From: Candidatus Aenigmatarchaeota archaeon
GTDB taxonomy: Archaea; Aenigmatarchaeota; Aenigmatarchaeia; Aenigmatarchaeales; JACQIB01
Length of the DNA: 64,000 nt
Direction: 5' to 3'
NCBI GenBank assembly: GCA_016198755.1
Contig: JACQIB010000005.1
Location: forward strand, 176,931-240,930
Below are positions 8,723 to 18,327 of the stretch, in pieces. Each line of letters starts with the position of its first letter. The first letter of the stretch is position 1. The notes beneath the pieces were generated by a model. The model worked only from the letters and a program-made list of their open reading frames with translations, had not been told where the DNA came from and did no database searches. Position numbers and translations under genes: made by a program.

Positions 8723-10576
8723 TTATCTACCTATACTGTACGAGAATGTCCCGCTTACAGAAGCCCCGCGCGCAGCCCCCATATAAAGAACCCCGGTTGG
8801 CTGGTAACTGGAAACAAATCCCATTCCCGTGTATGTTGGGGCATAAACTGGCTGGCGCTGCACAACTGAATATATATAGCTGGGGGGCTGGGTATAGATG
8901 CCAGCGTTCTGTGAATATCTATTTGTATTGTAACTCATGTATCCTTGAGAACGTGCGTTCCCATATCCATAATCAACTCCATACGAATTTACAAAAGTAA
9001 CATGATTTTGGTTTGCTGGAACGAGATATGTTGTGCCGCGCGCATTTGTTGTTAGAGTTGCTGGGGATCCCATGTATGTAACCTGCTTTGTCTCTCCTGT
9101 CCTCACAACAAAAGCTGGAGGGTTCTGGCTCCTGCTTACCCCATCTATTGCGCCAAATCCTATCAGCAAAGCTGGGCTGTTTATGTCCCTGTTTATCCTC
9201 CCGTCTACAAGAGCTTTCAGAAATGTGCCTGCAATATCTTTGGAAGCTGTTATTTCATCTAGGGTGGTTTGCCTCATTGACATTGTCATCTCAGCTCTCT
9301 GCGGCTCCTTCACAAGCTGTGTTAGTGTTATCTCTCCATTCATCATGGATAGTAGAACAATCTTTTCACCTTTGCTGGAGCGCAAAATGAAATTTATCTT
9401 AAGCGTACTGAAGAAGTTCCTTACAACTGAAGGCACTTTATCCAGATTTTTATTATAGGTATTTGCAAATGTATTTATCCTGTCTATCGTAATCCTATCA
9501 ACATCAACGCCAAGCTTGCCAATGCAGCCATCCTCTATTGACGCTTTTTTCTTTTCAAGGTTTTCCTTTTCCCATCTCTGCATACTAGTAGAAGCCACCT
9601 TTGTTTCTATATCTGAAATCCTGCTTTCACAAGAAGCCTTCAGGGCTTTTTTAGTGTTCTCATCAAAATTACCAAGATTTATCAGGGCTTCCCATGGATT
9701 TTCCTTTAGTTTTATCCCTTTTACATTATTTGGGATAGAATCCACTTTTTCCGTACATTCCTTCAGGACTTTCTCCCTCTCTTCCTGTGTTTTCGCGTTC
9801 TTCAGCCTCTCCTGACAGTCTAAAAGAGTTGTTATCAGCGCTTTTTTCCAGAGGTTGTCTACCTCCTCTGTTACATTCTGGGAACCTTCAGAGACTAAGC
9901 CCGAATATCCAAACTGCAGGCACTCGTATATTACCTTCATTTTTTCATCAACAGCCTGCTGCCTTTCAGCCTCGTTTTTGGCGTTGTCTACTTTTTCCTG
10001 TGCGTCCTTAATCTTTTCCTCACACCCCTTTACCCATGCATCAAAGCCTGCAACAGACCAGGGATCACTAGAACCTCCAATCCTTCCTATTGGAGGAGTT
10101 CTCCTCTCATCTACAACACCGCTCTGTGAAAATTGCTGGCACTCAAGAACTTTTTCCATTATTTTGTCTTCTATTGCAGCCTTTTCCTTGGATGTCTTTG
10201 CGTTTGCAGCTTGGCCCTTCAGGTCCTCAATTGCTGATTCGCAGCACATGAACATATTGTCAGTTATTTTATCCCCCCAGTCTTTGAAGTTGTCCCCGCT
10301 GGAAAAAGAATCGTCTACAGTATAGGCTGCGCAGGCCATTTTTTCATCAAGCAGCCCTTTACAAACCTCAGCTGCCGCTCCATGATTCCCTGCAGCACGC
10401 GCATCTTTTGCCTGCGCCTCTTTCTTCTCTATGCTCTCCTTGCAGGCGTTGTAATCAGCAGCTTTTTCTGATTGGGATTTTTCACTGATTTTTCCAACAT
10501 CCACATTTCCTGCCTGCGCTAAAACAAAACCGGGAACAACCAAAGCAAGAACCAAAATTATAATAAGCTTTTTCAT
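8723..10576 (-). CDS. secreted repeat protein: Cys-paired helical repeats, SCP2-like segment, Tyr/Asn/Gln/Gly-rich tail
   Basis: Track ORF trimmed to MKKLIIILVLALVVPGFVLAQA (ATG 10576). See the finding for details. Confidence 0.55.
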   Translation of the reverse strand: MKKLIIILVLALVVPGFVLAQAGNVDVGKISEKSQSEKAADYNACKESIEKKEAQAKDARAAGNHGAAAEVCKGLLDEKMACAAYTVDDSFSSGDNFKDWGDKITDNMFMCCESAIEDLKGQAANAKTSKEKAAIEDKIMEKVLECQQFSQSGVVDERRTPPIGRIGGSSDPWSVAGFDAWVKGCEEKIKDAQEKVDNAKNEAERQQAVDEKMKVIYECLQFGYSGLVSEGSQNVTEEVDNLWKKALITTLLDCQERLKNAKTQEEREKVLKECTEKVDSIPNNVKGIKLKENPWEALINLGNFDENTKKALKASCESRISDIETKVASTSMQRWEKENLEKKKASIEDGCIGKLGVDVDRITIDRINTFANTYNKNLDKVPSVVRNFFSTLKINFILRSSKGEKIVLLSMMNGEITLTQLVKEPQRAEMTMSMRQTTLDEITASKDIAGTFLKALVDGRINRDINSPALLIGFGAIDGVSRSQNPPAFVVRTGETKQVTYMGSPATLTTNARGTTYLVPANQNHVTFVNSYGVDYGYGNARSQGYMSYNTNRYSQNAGIYTQPPSYIYSVVQRQPVYAPTYTGMGFVSSYQPTGVLYMGAARGASVSGTFSYSIGR

Positions 10577-10613
10577 CAAAAGAATTTCGTAAGGCTGGTA
10601 TATAAACGTTGGC

Positions 10614-12020
10614 TTAATGCACAAGCTCTTCCAGTATTTCCTCCTCTATTTTTTCTTTCAGCTTAAACTCTTCTGTGAGTTTCAGTTTCTTCCATTTACC
10701 CTGCCAGAACAAAAAGTAGGAAAACGCTGCGCCGAAAATGTTGGAGATTGCAAAACCATAATAAATTCCGCTCTCTGCAAGGGCTGTGAAATGGGATAGG
10801 TAGTAGGAAAGCGGTATTCTGACTATCCAAAGGGTTAGGATAGCCATTGCTAAAGCAAGTACCATGCTGCCGGAACCGCGGAGTGTTCCCAGAAAAGTTT
10901 GTAAAATCCCGAAAAATCCCATGGAAAGTGCAACAATCCTTATGTAGAGAGCTGCGTTTGTGCTAACTGCTGTATTCCCTGGTATGAATATAGAAGCTAT
11001 TTGTTCGCTTGTGAAAAATAAAACTATGCCTATTGCACTGAGTATAAGAAAAGAATAGAGTGCAGTTGTTTTTGCTATAGATTCTGCTCTCTCAATTTTT
11101 CCTGCTCCAATATTCTGCCCTATTAGTGTAGCACTCGCAAAAGATATGCCCATTGCGGGTATAATAACAACTATTGAAATTCTTGCCCATATGCCATAAG
11201 AAGCTAAAGCTGTTGTTCCAAAGGCTGCAGCCAGAACAGTTATTGCTGCAATATTTAGGGATATAAGAGTTTGTTCTAAAGAAGCTGGAAAGCCAAGATA
11301 GAACATTTTTTTCATAAGAGTAAAGTCTGGCTTCATATTGGAAAGTTTTATGTGTATTCCGTGTTTCCCGCCGGATAAAAGAAAGAAACCTATTATTGCT
11401 GCTATAGCTTGTGTTGCAACAGTTGCTATTGCTGCACCGGAGACCCCAAATGCCGGTATTGGGCCTAATCCAAATATTAGTATAGGGTCTACAATAGCAT
11501 TCAGGCAGACTGCAAGAAGCATGAGGTAGAGGGGTGTTTTAACATTCCCTATTCCCCGCATTAGGGACTGAAAAGCAAAAAAGTAAAACATAAAAACCAT
11601 TCCGATAAAGGAAATCTGGATGTAGGAAGTAGCTTGCGGAAGTATGTCTTTTCCTGCACCCATTAGAACGAGCAGGGGTTCTGATAAAAAGTACCCTAGA
11701 ATGCTGAGAATAACTGAAAGGAACATAACCAATAAAATTGTTTGTCCTGCCATCCTGTTAACTTCTTTCTCATCACCCTTTCCTTTGAACTGGGAAACAA
11801 GAGTTGTGCCTGCTGTTGTAAAACCCAGTCCAAATGAAAATAACGTAAAAATTATTGGGAAGCTTACTGCTATTGCTGCCACAGCTTCAGCCCCCAATCT
11901 TCCAACCCAGAGTGTATCAACAATCTGAAAAGTTGATTGAAGGATTTGTGTTATTATTATTGGTATGGACAGGGCTATTATGGATTTTGCAATAGAACCT
12001 TCTGTGAGTTTGTTTTCCAT
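10614..12020 (-). CDS. MATE family efflux transporter
   Basis: Track ORF trimmed to MENKLTEGSIAKSIIALSIPIIITQILQSTFQIVDTLWVGRLG (ATG 12020). 12 hydrophobic segments and a typical MatE N-terminal signature. Confidence 0.85.
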   Translation of the reverse strand: MENKLTEGSIAKSIIALSIPIIITQILQSTFQIVDTLWVGRLGAEAVAAIAVSFPIIFTLFSFGLGFTTAGTTLVSQFKGKGDEKEVNRMAGQTILLVMFLSVILSILGYFLSEPLLVLMGAGKDILPQATSYIQISFIGMVFMFYFFAFQSLMRGIGNVKTPLYLMLLAVCLNAIVDPILIFGLGPIPAFGVSGAAIATVATQAIAAIIGFFLLSGGKHGIHIKLSNMKPDFTLMKKMFYLGFPASLEQTLISLNIAAITVLAAAFGTTALASYGIWARISIVVIIPAMGISFASATLIGQNIGAGKIERAESIAKTTALYSFLILSAIGIVLFFTSEQIASIFIPGNTAVSTNAALYIRIVALSMGFFGILQTFLGTLRGSGSMVLALAMAILTLWIVRIPLSYYLSHFTALAESGIYYGFAISNIFGAAFSYFLFWQGKWKKLKLTEEFKLKEKIEEEILEELVH

Positions 12021-12052
12021 GGAGCAGCATAATCTGCAGAGCTTAAATAGAT

Positions 12053-13942
12053 TTACTTTAGCCTGAGTGTTTCTAAGAGTTTTGGTGCCACAGATTCTGA
12101 GCGGAAATATTTGTGTACAGAATGCGCTAAGGATAAACATTTCTCAGCTTCCCCATGGTTTACTATAACCTTTTCTGGATTCTGCCTGAGCCTTCCAATA
12201 AAGTTTAACAGTTGTTTATAATCTGAATGGCCTGAAAGGCCGGAAATTGTAACAACATCCATGTTAACATTAACTGAAACGTTCTTTCCTTTATCCTCCA
12301 TTGGAACGCTTTTCCAGCCGTTCTGTATCTTCCTTCCTAAAGAATTCTCTGACTGGTAACCCACGAACACGAGAGTATTTTTCTTATCATCTGCCAGATT
12401 CCTAAAGTAGGTTAATACGGGCCCGCCTACCATCATCCCTGAAGTGGAAATAATAACAGCCGGATCTCTGCTTTCTATCAAAGCCTTCCTCTCATCCTCA
12501 CTCCCTATTCGTTTGAAAACCTCCTGTGTAAATGGGTTCCAGCCCTGCTGCAGAATTAGTTTTTGCAGTTCCCTCCCAAAGAACTCTGGATAAGCTGTAT
12601 GTATTGCAGAAGAGTCCCAGATCATACCATCCAAATAAATTGGAGTTTCTATCCCAGCTTTAGCCAATATAACCTGCACATCCTGACTTCTCTCCACAGC
12701 AAAGCTTGGTATCAGAACTTTTCCTCCGCGCTCCAGTGTTTTCTTTACAGTGTTAACAAGCAAAGCTTCTGTCTCTGCTCTGCGAGGCTGAATATCTTCT
12801 GGAAATCCGTATGTGGCTTCTGTAATAAAGGTTTCAACGCGGGCAAAGTCTGTGCTGGCTGGATCAAACAGTGCTGTGCGGTCAAATTTTAAGTCTCCGG
12901 AATAGAGTAGATTATGGAAGCCTGAACCTATATGGAAGTGAGCCAAAGCTCCACCGAGAATATGTCCGGAATTTGCTAAAGTAAGCCTTATATCAGGAGT
13001 TATATCAGAAACCTGTCCATAATCAAGAGGTATGCAGCGCTTTATTGCTTCTTTTATTCCTTTGGTCGAATAGGGAGCTGTCCTTCCCTCGCGCTGGCAG
13101 AGCTTAATGTAGTCCATGCAAAGCAAAACCATTAAGTCCCTTGTAGGGGTTGTACAGTATATAGGGGCTTCGCATCCCATTTCATACAGCAAAGGAATTC
13201 CGCCTGCATGATCCATATGTGTGTGAGTAAGAACAATCGCATCCAAATCATGGATATTGAATTCTGGAACTGAAAGATATGGAAACTCGTTTGTTGTAGG
13301 TTTAACGCCGCAGTCCATTAGAACGCTGCTTTCCGGAGTTTGCAAAAGCAGGGCAGACCTTCCTACTTCCCTGAAAGCTCCCAAAGCTGTTAACCGCGCC
13401 CATTCTGTTGGCTTCCAGCCGGAATGAATAGATTTTCCAACTTTGTTTAAAAATTCCCTTCTGAAGTCAGATTCTTTGTAAATTAACTCCCTTAAAGTTT
13501 TTACAATATCTGAAGGGATTATGGGAGCTCTTTTTACTATTGGAGTCCAGAATATTTTTTTCCTGAGTTCTTTAAGAGTTTCTCCTCCTCTCCCAATAAC
13601 AATCCCTGGTTTTTCAGCTTCTATTGTAACAGAGCCAAAAGCCGGCTCAAACTCTATATCTTTTATACCGCCCTCTTCAGGTATTGTTTCCTTTATGATT
13701 TTCTCAGCTTCCTCAGGATCCAGACAAATTGAAGGGTCTGGCCTCAAAAGTATTCTTTTCTTTATAACTCCAACCATGTTTTTTATAGAATCTCCTGGCT
13801 CCCCAAAAAACTCCTTGTTCTTTGTATACAAAACAATTTCGCAGCCCTCAAATCCTATATTGGATATTTTTGCCTCTTTAGGAAGCGCTTCTTTTACACG
13901 CTCAAACAAATCAGAGGATTTTTCTTCAACCATTTCATTCAC
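12053..13942 (-). CDS. archaeal CPSF1 (KH domains plus metallo-beta-lactamase/beta-CASP ribonuclease)
   Basis: 629 aa; KH-like N-terminus, HxHxDH motif (LTHTHMDHAGGIP) and beta-CASP C-terminal half. Length and architecture are typical of aCPSF1. Confidence 0.9.
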   Translation of the reverse strand: MNEMVEEKSSDLFERVKEALPKEAKISNIGFEGCEIVLYTKNKEFFGEPGDSIKNMVGVIKKRILLRPDPSICLDPEEAEKIIKETIPEEGGIKDIEFEPAFGSVTIEAEKPGIVIGRGGETLKELRKKIFWTPIVKRAPIIPSDIVKTLRELIYKESDFRREFLNKVGKSIHSGWKPTEWARLTALGAFREVGRSALLLQTPESSVLMDCGVKPTTNEFPYLSVPEFNIHDLDAIVLTHTHMDHAGGIPLLYEMGCEAPIYCTTPTRDLMVLLCMDYIKLCQREGRTAPYSTKGIKEAIKRCIPLDYGQVSDITPDIRLTLANSGHILGGALAHFHIGSGFHNLLYSGDLKFDRTALFDPASTDFARVETFITEATYGFPEDIQPRRAETEALLVNTVKKTLERGGKVLIPSFAVERSQDVQVILAKAGIETPIYLDGMIWDSSAIHTAYPEFFGRELQKLILQQGWNPFTQEVFKRIGSEDERKALIESRDPAVIISTSGMMVGGPVLTYFRNLADDKKNTLVFVGYQSENSLGRKIQNGWKSVPMEDKGKNVSVNVNMDVVTISGLSGHSDYKQLLNFIGRLRQNPEKVIVNHGEAEKCLSLAHSVHKYFRSESVAPKLLETLRLK

Positions 13943-13990
13943 TATCTATATAATTTGTTCTGTACCGAACCAGAGAAATGTAACAAAATA

Positions 13991-14605
13991 TTATGCGTAC
14001 TTCCTTAGCTCAGCTTCTGAAAGCTCCCTCAGTCCGTTTCTATCAATCACAACAACAGTAAATCCTCTCCCTCCAGATGCAATATCCCTTTCAATTGCCA
14101 CCTTAATTGACTTTACAGCAAGTGAAACTGCTTCATCTGCTGACAACCCTTCCTTAAAACCTACTTCCAGAGACCCGTAAGCAAACGGGCTTCCTGAGCC
14201 TGTAGAATAGAATTTGTCCATATTACTCCAGCCGCCTATTGGATCTAATCCGTATAGCTGTGGGCCTGTGGAATCAAAGCCAGCTAAGATAAACTGATTA
14301 TAATAGGGGAAGTATTTGCTGCCCTGCAAAATATTTGAAAGTAAGGTTGCAGCTGCTTTAACTGTTATTGGACCGCGCTCCAGCTTGTAAAGCTTGAACT
14401 GTGCTTTTAGCAAACGAACCATTGCAAGTGCATCCCCAACAGAACCTGCTATTGTCAAAGCCAAGTGATCATCCAGTGGGTAAACCTTTCTAGCTAGTTT
14501 TGAGTCTACCATGTACCCCATTGTACTTTTCTTCTCTGCTGCAACAATAACAGCATCCTTGGCTATAATCCCGACTGTTGTTGTTCCTGTCTCTTTTGTT
14601 TCCAT
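13991..14605 (-). CDS. psmB: proteasome subunit beta
   Basis: 204 aa; short propeptide, then the active-site Thr context GTTTVGIIAKDAVIVAAEKKSTMG. Confidence 0.9.
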   Translation of the reverse strand: METKETGTTTVGIIAKDAVIVAAEKKSTMGYMVDSKLARKVYPLDDHLALTIAGSVGDALAMVRLLKAQFKLYKLERGPITVKAAATLLSNILQGSKYFPYYNQFILAGFDSTGPQLYGLDPIGGWSNMDKFYSTGSGSPFAYGSLEVGFKEGLSADEAVSLAVKSIKVAIERDIASGGRGFTVVVIDRNGLRELSEAELRKYA

Positions 14606-14685
14606 TAAATCACTCAGAAGTTCTTTTTTACTTTATCCCCAGACCTATTTAAAGCTTTCCCAAAAGAGGAGCTATCTTTGGTGGT

Positions 14686-15396
14686 TTATGCTGAGTTGGA
14701 AGGTGGGGATGTGTTGAGAGGCGGATCCAGGTCTACCACATCTGCCACAACCGCACGGGCTGTTATTGGTATGTATCCGGCAGGCCATCTTTCATAAACT
14801 TCCATTCTGCCTTTTGGGTCAATAATTATGTTAAGGGGCTGGTTGTCTTCTATAACGCGGTCAGGCTCCTCTTGCACTCTTACATATCCCATCATATTGT
14901 CATATTCTGTTTGTACAGCAGCTCTGGGATCTTGATCTGTAAACCTGTATACATAATAGGATGGTTCCCCGTTTGTATTGAGAACATAGCATCCTAAAAT
15001 AGATCCAGCTGTGATAATTTCATCAGCTCCCTTTTTAGTTTGACCAAATATTCTCCTCCAGCCCTGCTGCGCGCGCTGCCTGCTTGTTGCAAATCGTTTT
15101 AAAACTTCAGCAACATCCTGCGAAACAAACAGTCTTGGTTCCAGCTGTGAAAGATGTTGAGGCGGCCGCCAGTTTTTGCTGCCACCGCCCAGTTCAGCAA
15201 TAGCCTGCTCTATTGCTTCGTTGGATTCATACGCAAGCTTCTTCTGAAGTTCTCTCTGTCTCACAACTTCTGGAGACGCAAATATTGCCTCACGGAGTGT
15301 GAGAGCTGCATCAAAATAAGTTACTCTGGGCGGTGCAAAGGCTCCTGTGATTTCCTCAAATACAAAATCTCCGCTTGAAGCTTCCATGCAAATCAT
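14686..15396 (-). CDS. hypothetical protein
   Basis: 236 aa, soluble, no motif recognised. Alternative start MEASSGD at 15387. Confidence 0.5.
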   Translation of the reverse strand: MICMEASSGDFVFEEITGAFAPPRVTYFDAALTLREAIFASPEVVRQRELQKKLAYESNEAIEQAIAELGGGSKNWRPPQHLSQLEPRLFVSQDVAEVLKRFATSRQRAQQGWRRIFGQTKKGADEIITAGSILGCYVLNTNGEPSYYVYRFTDQDPRAAVQTEYDNMMGYVRVQEEPDRVIEDNQPLNIIIDPKGRMEVYERWPAGYIPITARAVVADVVDLDPPLNTSPPSNSA

Positions 15397-15476
15397 AGGG
15401 TATTAAAGAATTAAATAGTTGAGGGAGACGATATCACGAACAACTTAATAGGCAATTTTATTCTGTTTAAAAAACA

Positions 15477-16313
15477 TTAAACCCATGTAAAGGAAAGCGG
15501 GGAATTGCCTGAGGAAATAGTGAGCTTTACCTGTCCGGTTTCTCCTTTAATCTCGGGGAAGAAAAGTTTTCCAGTTATGTGATGGCCTCCTGGTGGGGAA
15601 CCTTCCCAGCGCAGAGGTGTATATTTATTCCCTTTATTGTCCTCAAGAACAGAATTTTTAGAAAAGTCTGAATCAAGGGAACCTGAGTGTGTGTTTACTG
15701 AAACTGAAAACACGGGGGGTTCAAGAGAAATAGGTGTGATATCATAGGATATGCTGTTTTGGCTTTCTGTAATGGTTTTAAAGGATGTTGTGGATGGGAC
15801 AAAAGTGAGTAAAATAAAGGATAGGACAATAACTGCTGGCGAGAGCATTAAAATATGGTCTCTTACAGCTTTTATGTTGTATTTTGATATAGGTTTGATA
15901 AAATCTGGAAGGGAAGAATGTTTCTTAGCTATGCTTAGGAAATGCATTATTCCGACTGCATTGGAAAGTATTCCTATTATAAGGAAAAGGGGCTGATAGT
16001 TTGAAAAAAACAGAGTTGCACCGGAAAGTCCGGCTATTGGAAGAACATCAGCAATATGATGAGCGCAGCAGGCTGCCATTGAACCTGTTGAGACTCCTCC
16101 GGTAGCTGCAATGCCTGCAACCGCTTTTTGTCTAATATAGGAAAACAAGTAGACTTGAAAGCCAAAACCTGTGATAAGAGGGAGCATAAGGTACCACAGG
16201 GAAAGGAAGCTTTCTAGAGCATGTTCAAAGCCCTGTGCTATCGAAACAATTAAAAAATAGCTGCCTATAAGGGATAGGCTGGCCACAACTCCGTAAACCT
16301 GCTCTTTTCTCAT
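15477..16313 (-). CDS. polytopic membrane protein with CCAHH motif and C-terminal extracytoplasmic beta-rich domain (GGHH)
   Basis: 278 aa. GGVSTGSMAACCAHHIADVLPIAGLSG lies inside a TM segment. The C-terminal ~110 aa (..YTPLRWEGSPPGGHHITGKLFFPE..) follow the last TM. Start overlaps the upstream stop by 1 nt. Confidence 0.55.
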   Translation of the reverse strand: MRKEQVYGVVASLSLIGSYFLIVSIAQGFEHALESFLSLWYLMLPLITGFGFQVYLFSYIRQKAVAGIAATGGVSTGSMAACCAHHIADVLPIAGLSGATLFFSNYQPLFLIIGILSNAVGIMHFLSIAKKHSSLPDFIKPISKYNIKAVRDHILMLSPAVIVLSFILLTFVPSTTSFKTITESQNSISYDITPISLEPPVFSVSVNTHSGSLDSDFSKNSVLEDNKGNKYTPLRWEGSPPGGHHITGKLFFPEIKGETGQVKLTISSGNSPLSFTWV

Positions 16314-16537
16314 TATCTCCCCTTTTTCTTTATATTGTCTACAAGGTTGCTGTGCATTGCATAGATCAGGAAAAATATTGCAAAAATTCCTGCTACCATT
16401 GCATCATAAAGGAATAACTCAGGCTGGATTAGGAATGGCTTTGTGCCTGTTGCCATAGCTGTCCATGCAAAACCATATGCTATCAAACCACAGATTACAA
16501 ATATCCAAGATATTATGCCCCATAAATTGGCTTTCAT
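16313..16537 (-). CDS. small 2-TM membrane protein
   Basis: 74 aa, two hydrophobic helices, within the operon. Confidence 0.45.
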   Translation of the reverse strand: MKANLWGIISWIFVICGLIAYGFAWTAMATGTKPFLIQPELFLYDAMVAGIFAIFFLIYAMHSNLVDNIKKKGR

Positions 16538-16548
16538 TTTATCACCTC

Positions 16549-17061
16549 CTATTCTTTGCAGCAGTCAACTATTTTTTTTACTATTTCAGAAAACTTGCCA
16601 AGTTTACTCCCCTCCAAATCATCTCCTTTAAGCTCTTTCATTTCCACAATTTTCATGTTTATTGCAAAAAACAGGGAAAATAAATTGAAAGCAAAAGAAA
16701 ACATTCTTTCAGCCTCAGCCCTGTTTTTTTGTAACTCCTTTGTGCCAACTTCCACCAACCTCATGGAAGCTGCAAGCAGGTGTTTGGAAATGCACCACTC
16801 CTCACCCTTTGGGTCGGAAACTATCTTTTTCATCAGGGTTTTCCTCATTTCCCTTGTTGAGTAAAGCATATCCAGATAAGACTGGTTTTGTGTTTTCATT
16901 GCAGTAAAATAGAAATGCTCCTCCAGACTAATCAAATTCATTAAGGCTATGCTTAGGTCCTCGTCTCTCGAGAGATCTGCGGAACCTTTTTTTGTTTCTT
17001 CTATTTTATTTAGCCAAAGGTTCTCGTCCAAAATATCACCCCAGTGCAAGCTGGAAAACAA
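16549..17061 (-). CDS. soluble helical protein ending in a CC pair (..VDCCKE), unknown function
   Basis: 170 aa from TTG 17061. An alternative TTG at 17031 lies just after the upstream stop. No known motif. Confidence 0.45.
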   Translation of the reverse strand: MFSSLHWGDILDENLWLNKIEETKKGSADLSRDEDLSIALMNLISLEEHFYFTAMKTQNQSYLDMLYSTREMRKTLMKKIVSDPKGEEWCISKHLLAASMRLVEVGTKELQKNRAEAERMFSFAFNLFSLFFAINMKIVEMKELKGDDLEGSKLGKFSEIVKKIVDCCKE

Positions 17062-17575
17062 CGCTTGCAGCCGCTAATACTCCAACAGTAAGCAAAACTC
17101 CCTGGAAAGGGAATAAAACCTTTCCATATAGCTCCTTTATTTTTAAGTGGAGCTTGAAAGCAAACAATGTTATTCCTACTCCAAAAACAGAACCGAAAAG
17201 GAGCTTGTCTACCCAGTAAATTTTGTTGAATACAGAACCTATTTCTCCGAAAAGCTTTACTGGTATGTAAACATTCTCCTGCACACCAACAAGCAGGATA
17301 GAAGGTATGACTGTCAGTGCATAGGAAAGTATAAGTATAATCGGGAGCTGATATCTGAAATATTCTTTTTTTATCAATCTTGCAACCCATAAACCTGAGG
17401 AAATTGCAAGCGCACCTGCCAATAAACCAACAATAGTTATATCAAATCCGAAAATCTTCGCAGAAGCTACAGCCATTCCTACTGCACCAACGCATAGTGG
17501 GCAGTGTGCAAAAGCTGGTGCACCTGAAAGAATAAAAGCTAAAAAAGCTGGAATTGCAATAAGCATTTTCCTCAT
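17036..17575 (-). CDS. polytopic membrane protein with N-terminal HCPLC motif
   Basis: Track ORF (GTG 17581) trimmed to ATG 17575: MRKMLIAIPAFLAFILSGAPAFAHCPLCVGAVG...; about 5 TM segments. Confidence 0.5.
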   Translation of the reverse strand: MRKMLIAIPAFLAFILSGAPAFAHCPLCVGAVGMAVASAKIFGFDITIVGLLAGALAISSGLWVARLIKKEYFRYQLPIILILSYALTVIPSILLVGVQENVYIPVKLFGEIGSVFNKIYWVDKLLFGSVFGVGITLFAFKLHLKIKELYGKVLFPFQGVLLTVGVLAAASVVFQLALG

Positions 17576-17577
17576 GT

Positions 17578-18063
17578 TCACAGCCTCATAAACAAGCCCT
17601 GAACCTGCCCATCTGAAACAGAATAAATTTCAAGGGGCTGGCTCTTGTAACCTGGCATTCCAGGAGAACCCGAAGGCATTCCGGGAAGGGCTATACCGTC
17701 TATTTTTGGCTTTTCTTCCAGCAGTTTCTTTATTGCCTCTGCAGGAATATGTCCTTCAATAAAATAACCTCCTATCTTTGTTGTATGGCAGGTGCGGAGG
17801 TTGGATGGTATGTTTAGCTCATTGTTTATCTGGTCTGTGGTTTGAACCTGTACAGGTTTAACTGGCACTCCAGAATCCCTTAGGTAGCCAATATAGTTAC
17901 CGCAGCAACCGCAGCTCTGTGAATAATAGACCTCGGCAGGGTTGCCCGCAAAAACAGACTGAGTTGCAGTTGCTTGGGCCGTTGAATTAGAGAAGGAAAA
18001 GGCAAAAAACAGACCTGCACCAACCAGCACCACTAATGTTACTATAGCCCACAGCCACTTCAT
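17578..18063 (-). CDS. membrane-anchored DUF411/CopG-family metal-binding protein
   Basis: Trimmed to MKWLWAIVTLVV (ATG 18063). SCGCCGNYIGYL (CxCC) ... RTCHTTKIGGYFIEGHIPAEAI ... GMPSGSPGMPG matches the DUF411/CopG signature. Confidence 0.75.
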   Translation of the reverse strand: MKWLWAIVTLVVLVGAGLFFAFSFSNSTAQATATQSVFAGNPAEVYYSQSCGCCGNYIGYLRDSGVPVKPVQVQTTDQINNELNIPSNLRTCHTTKIGGYFIEGHIPAEAIKKLLEEKPKIDGIALPGMPSGSPGMPGYKSQPLEIYSVSDGQVQGLFMRL

Positions 18064-18064
18064 T

Positions 18065-18325
18065 TTAACATCCCCCAACCATTTGTGAACCTGTACCCTG
18101 AGACTGTGCAGCAACCTGATCTGGATGCATTCTTGCCATCATATCAGTGTAACTTTCTGCTCCAGCAGACTGTACAGAACTTCCAGCTAAAACATTGCCT
18201 GTTGGACCAGATTTCTTCAGCTCAATTATTTGAAAGGATTGGAACATTGATATAACTAAAAGGAGTACAACCATTGAAAGGGTTATGTAAATCTTCCAGT
18301 TAGCTTTTGATAATTCCTCTCCCAT
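18065..18325 (-). CDS. small membrane-anchored Met/His-rich protein ending in MVGGC
   Basis: Trimmed to ATG 18325: MGEELSKANWKIYITLSMVVLLLVISMF...ESYTDMMARMHPDQVAAQSQGTGSQMVGGC*. Confidence 0.5.
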   Translation of the reverse strand: MGEELSKANWKIYITLSMVVLLLVISMFQSFQIIELKKSGPTGNVLAGSSVQSAGAESYTDMMARMHPDQVAAQSQGTGSQMVGGC

Positions 18326-18327
18326 TT

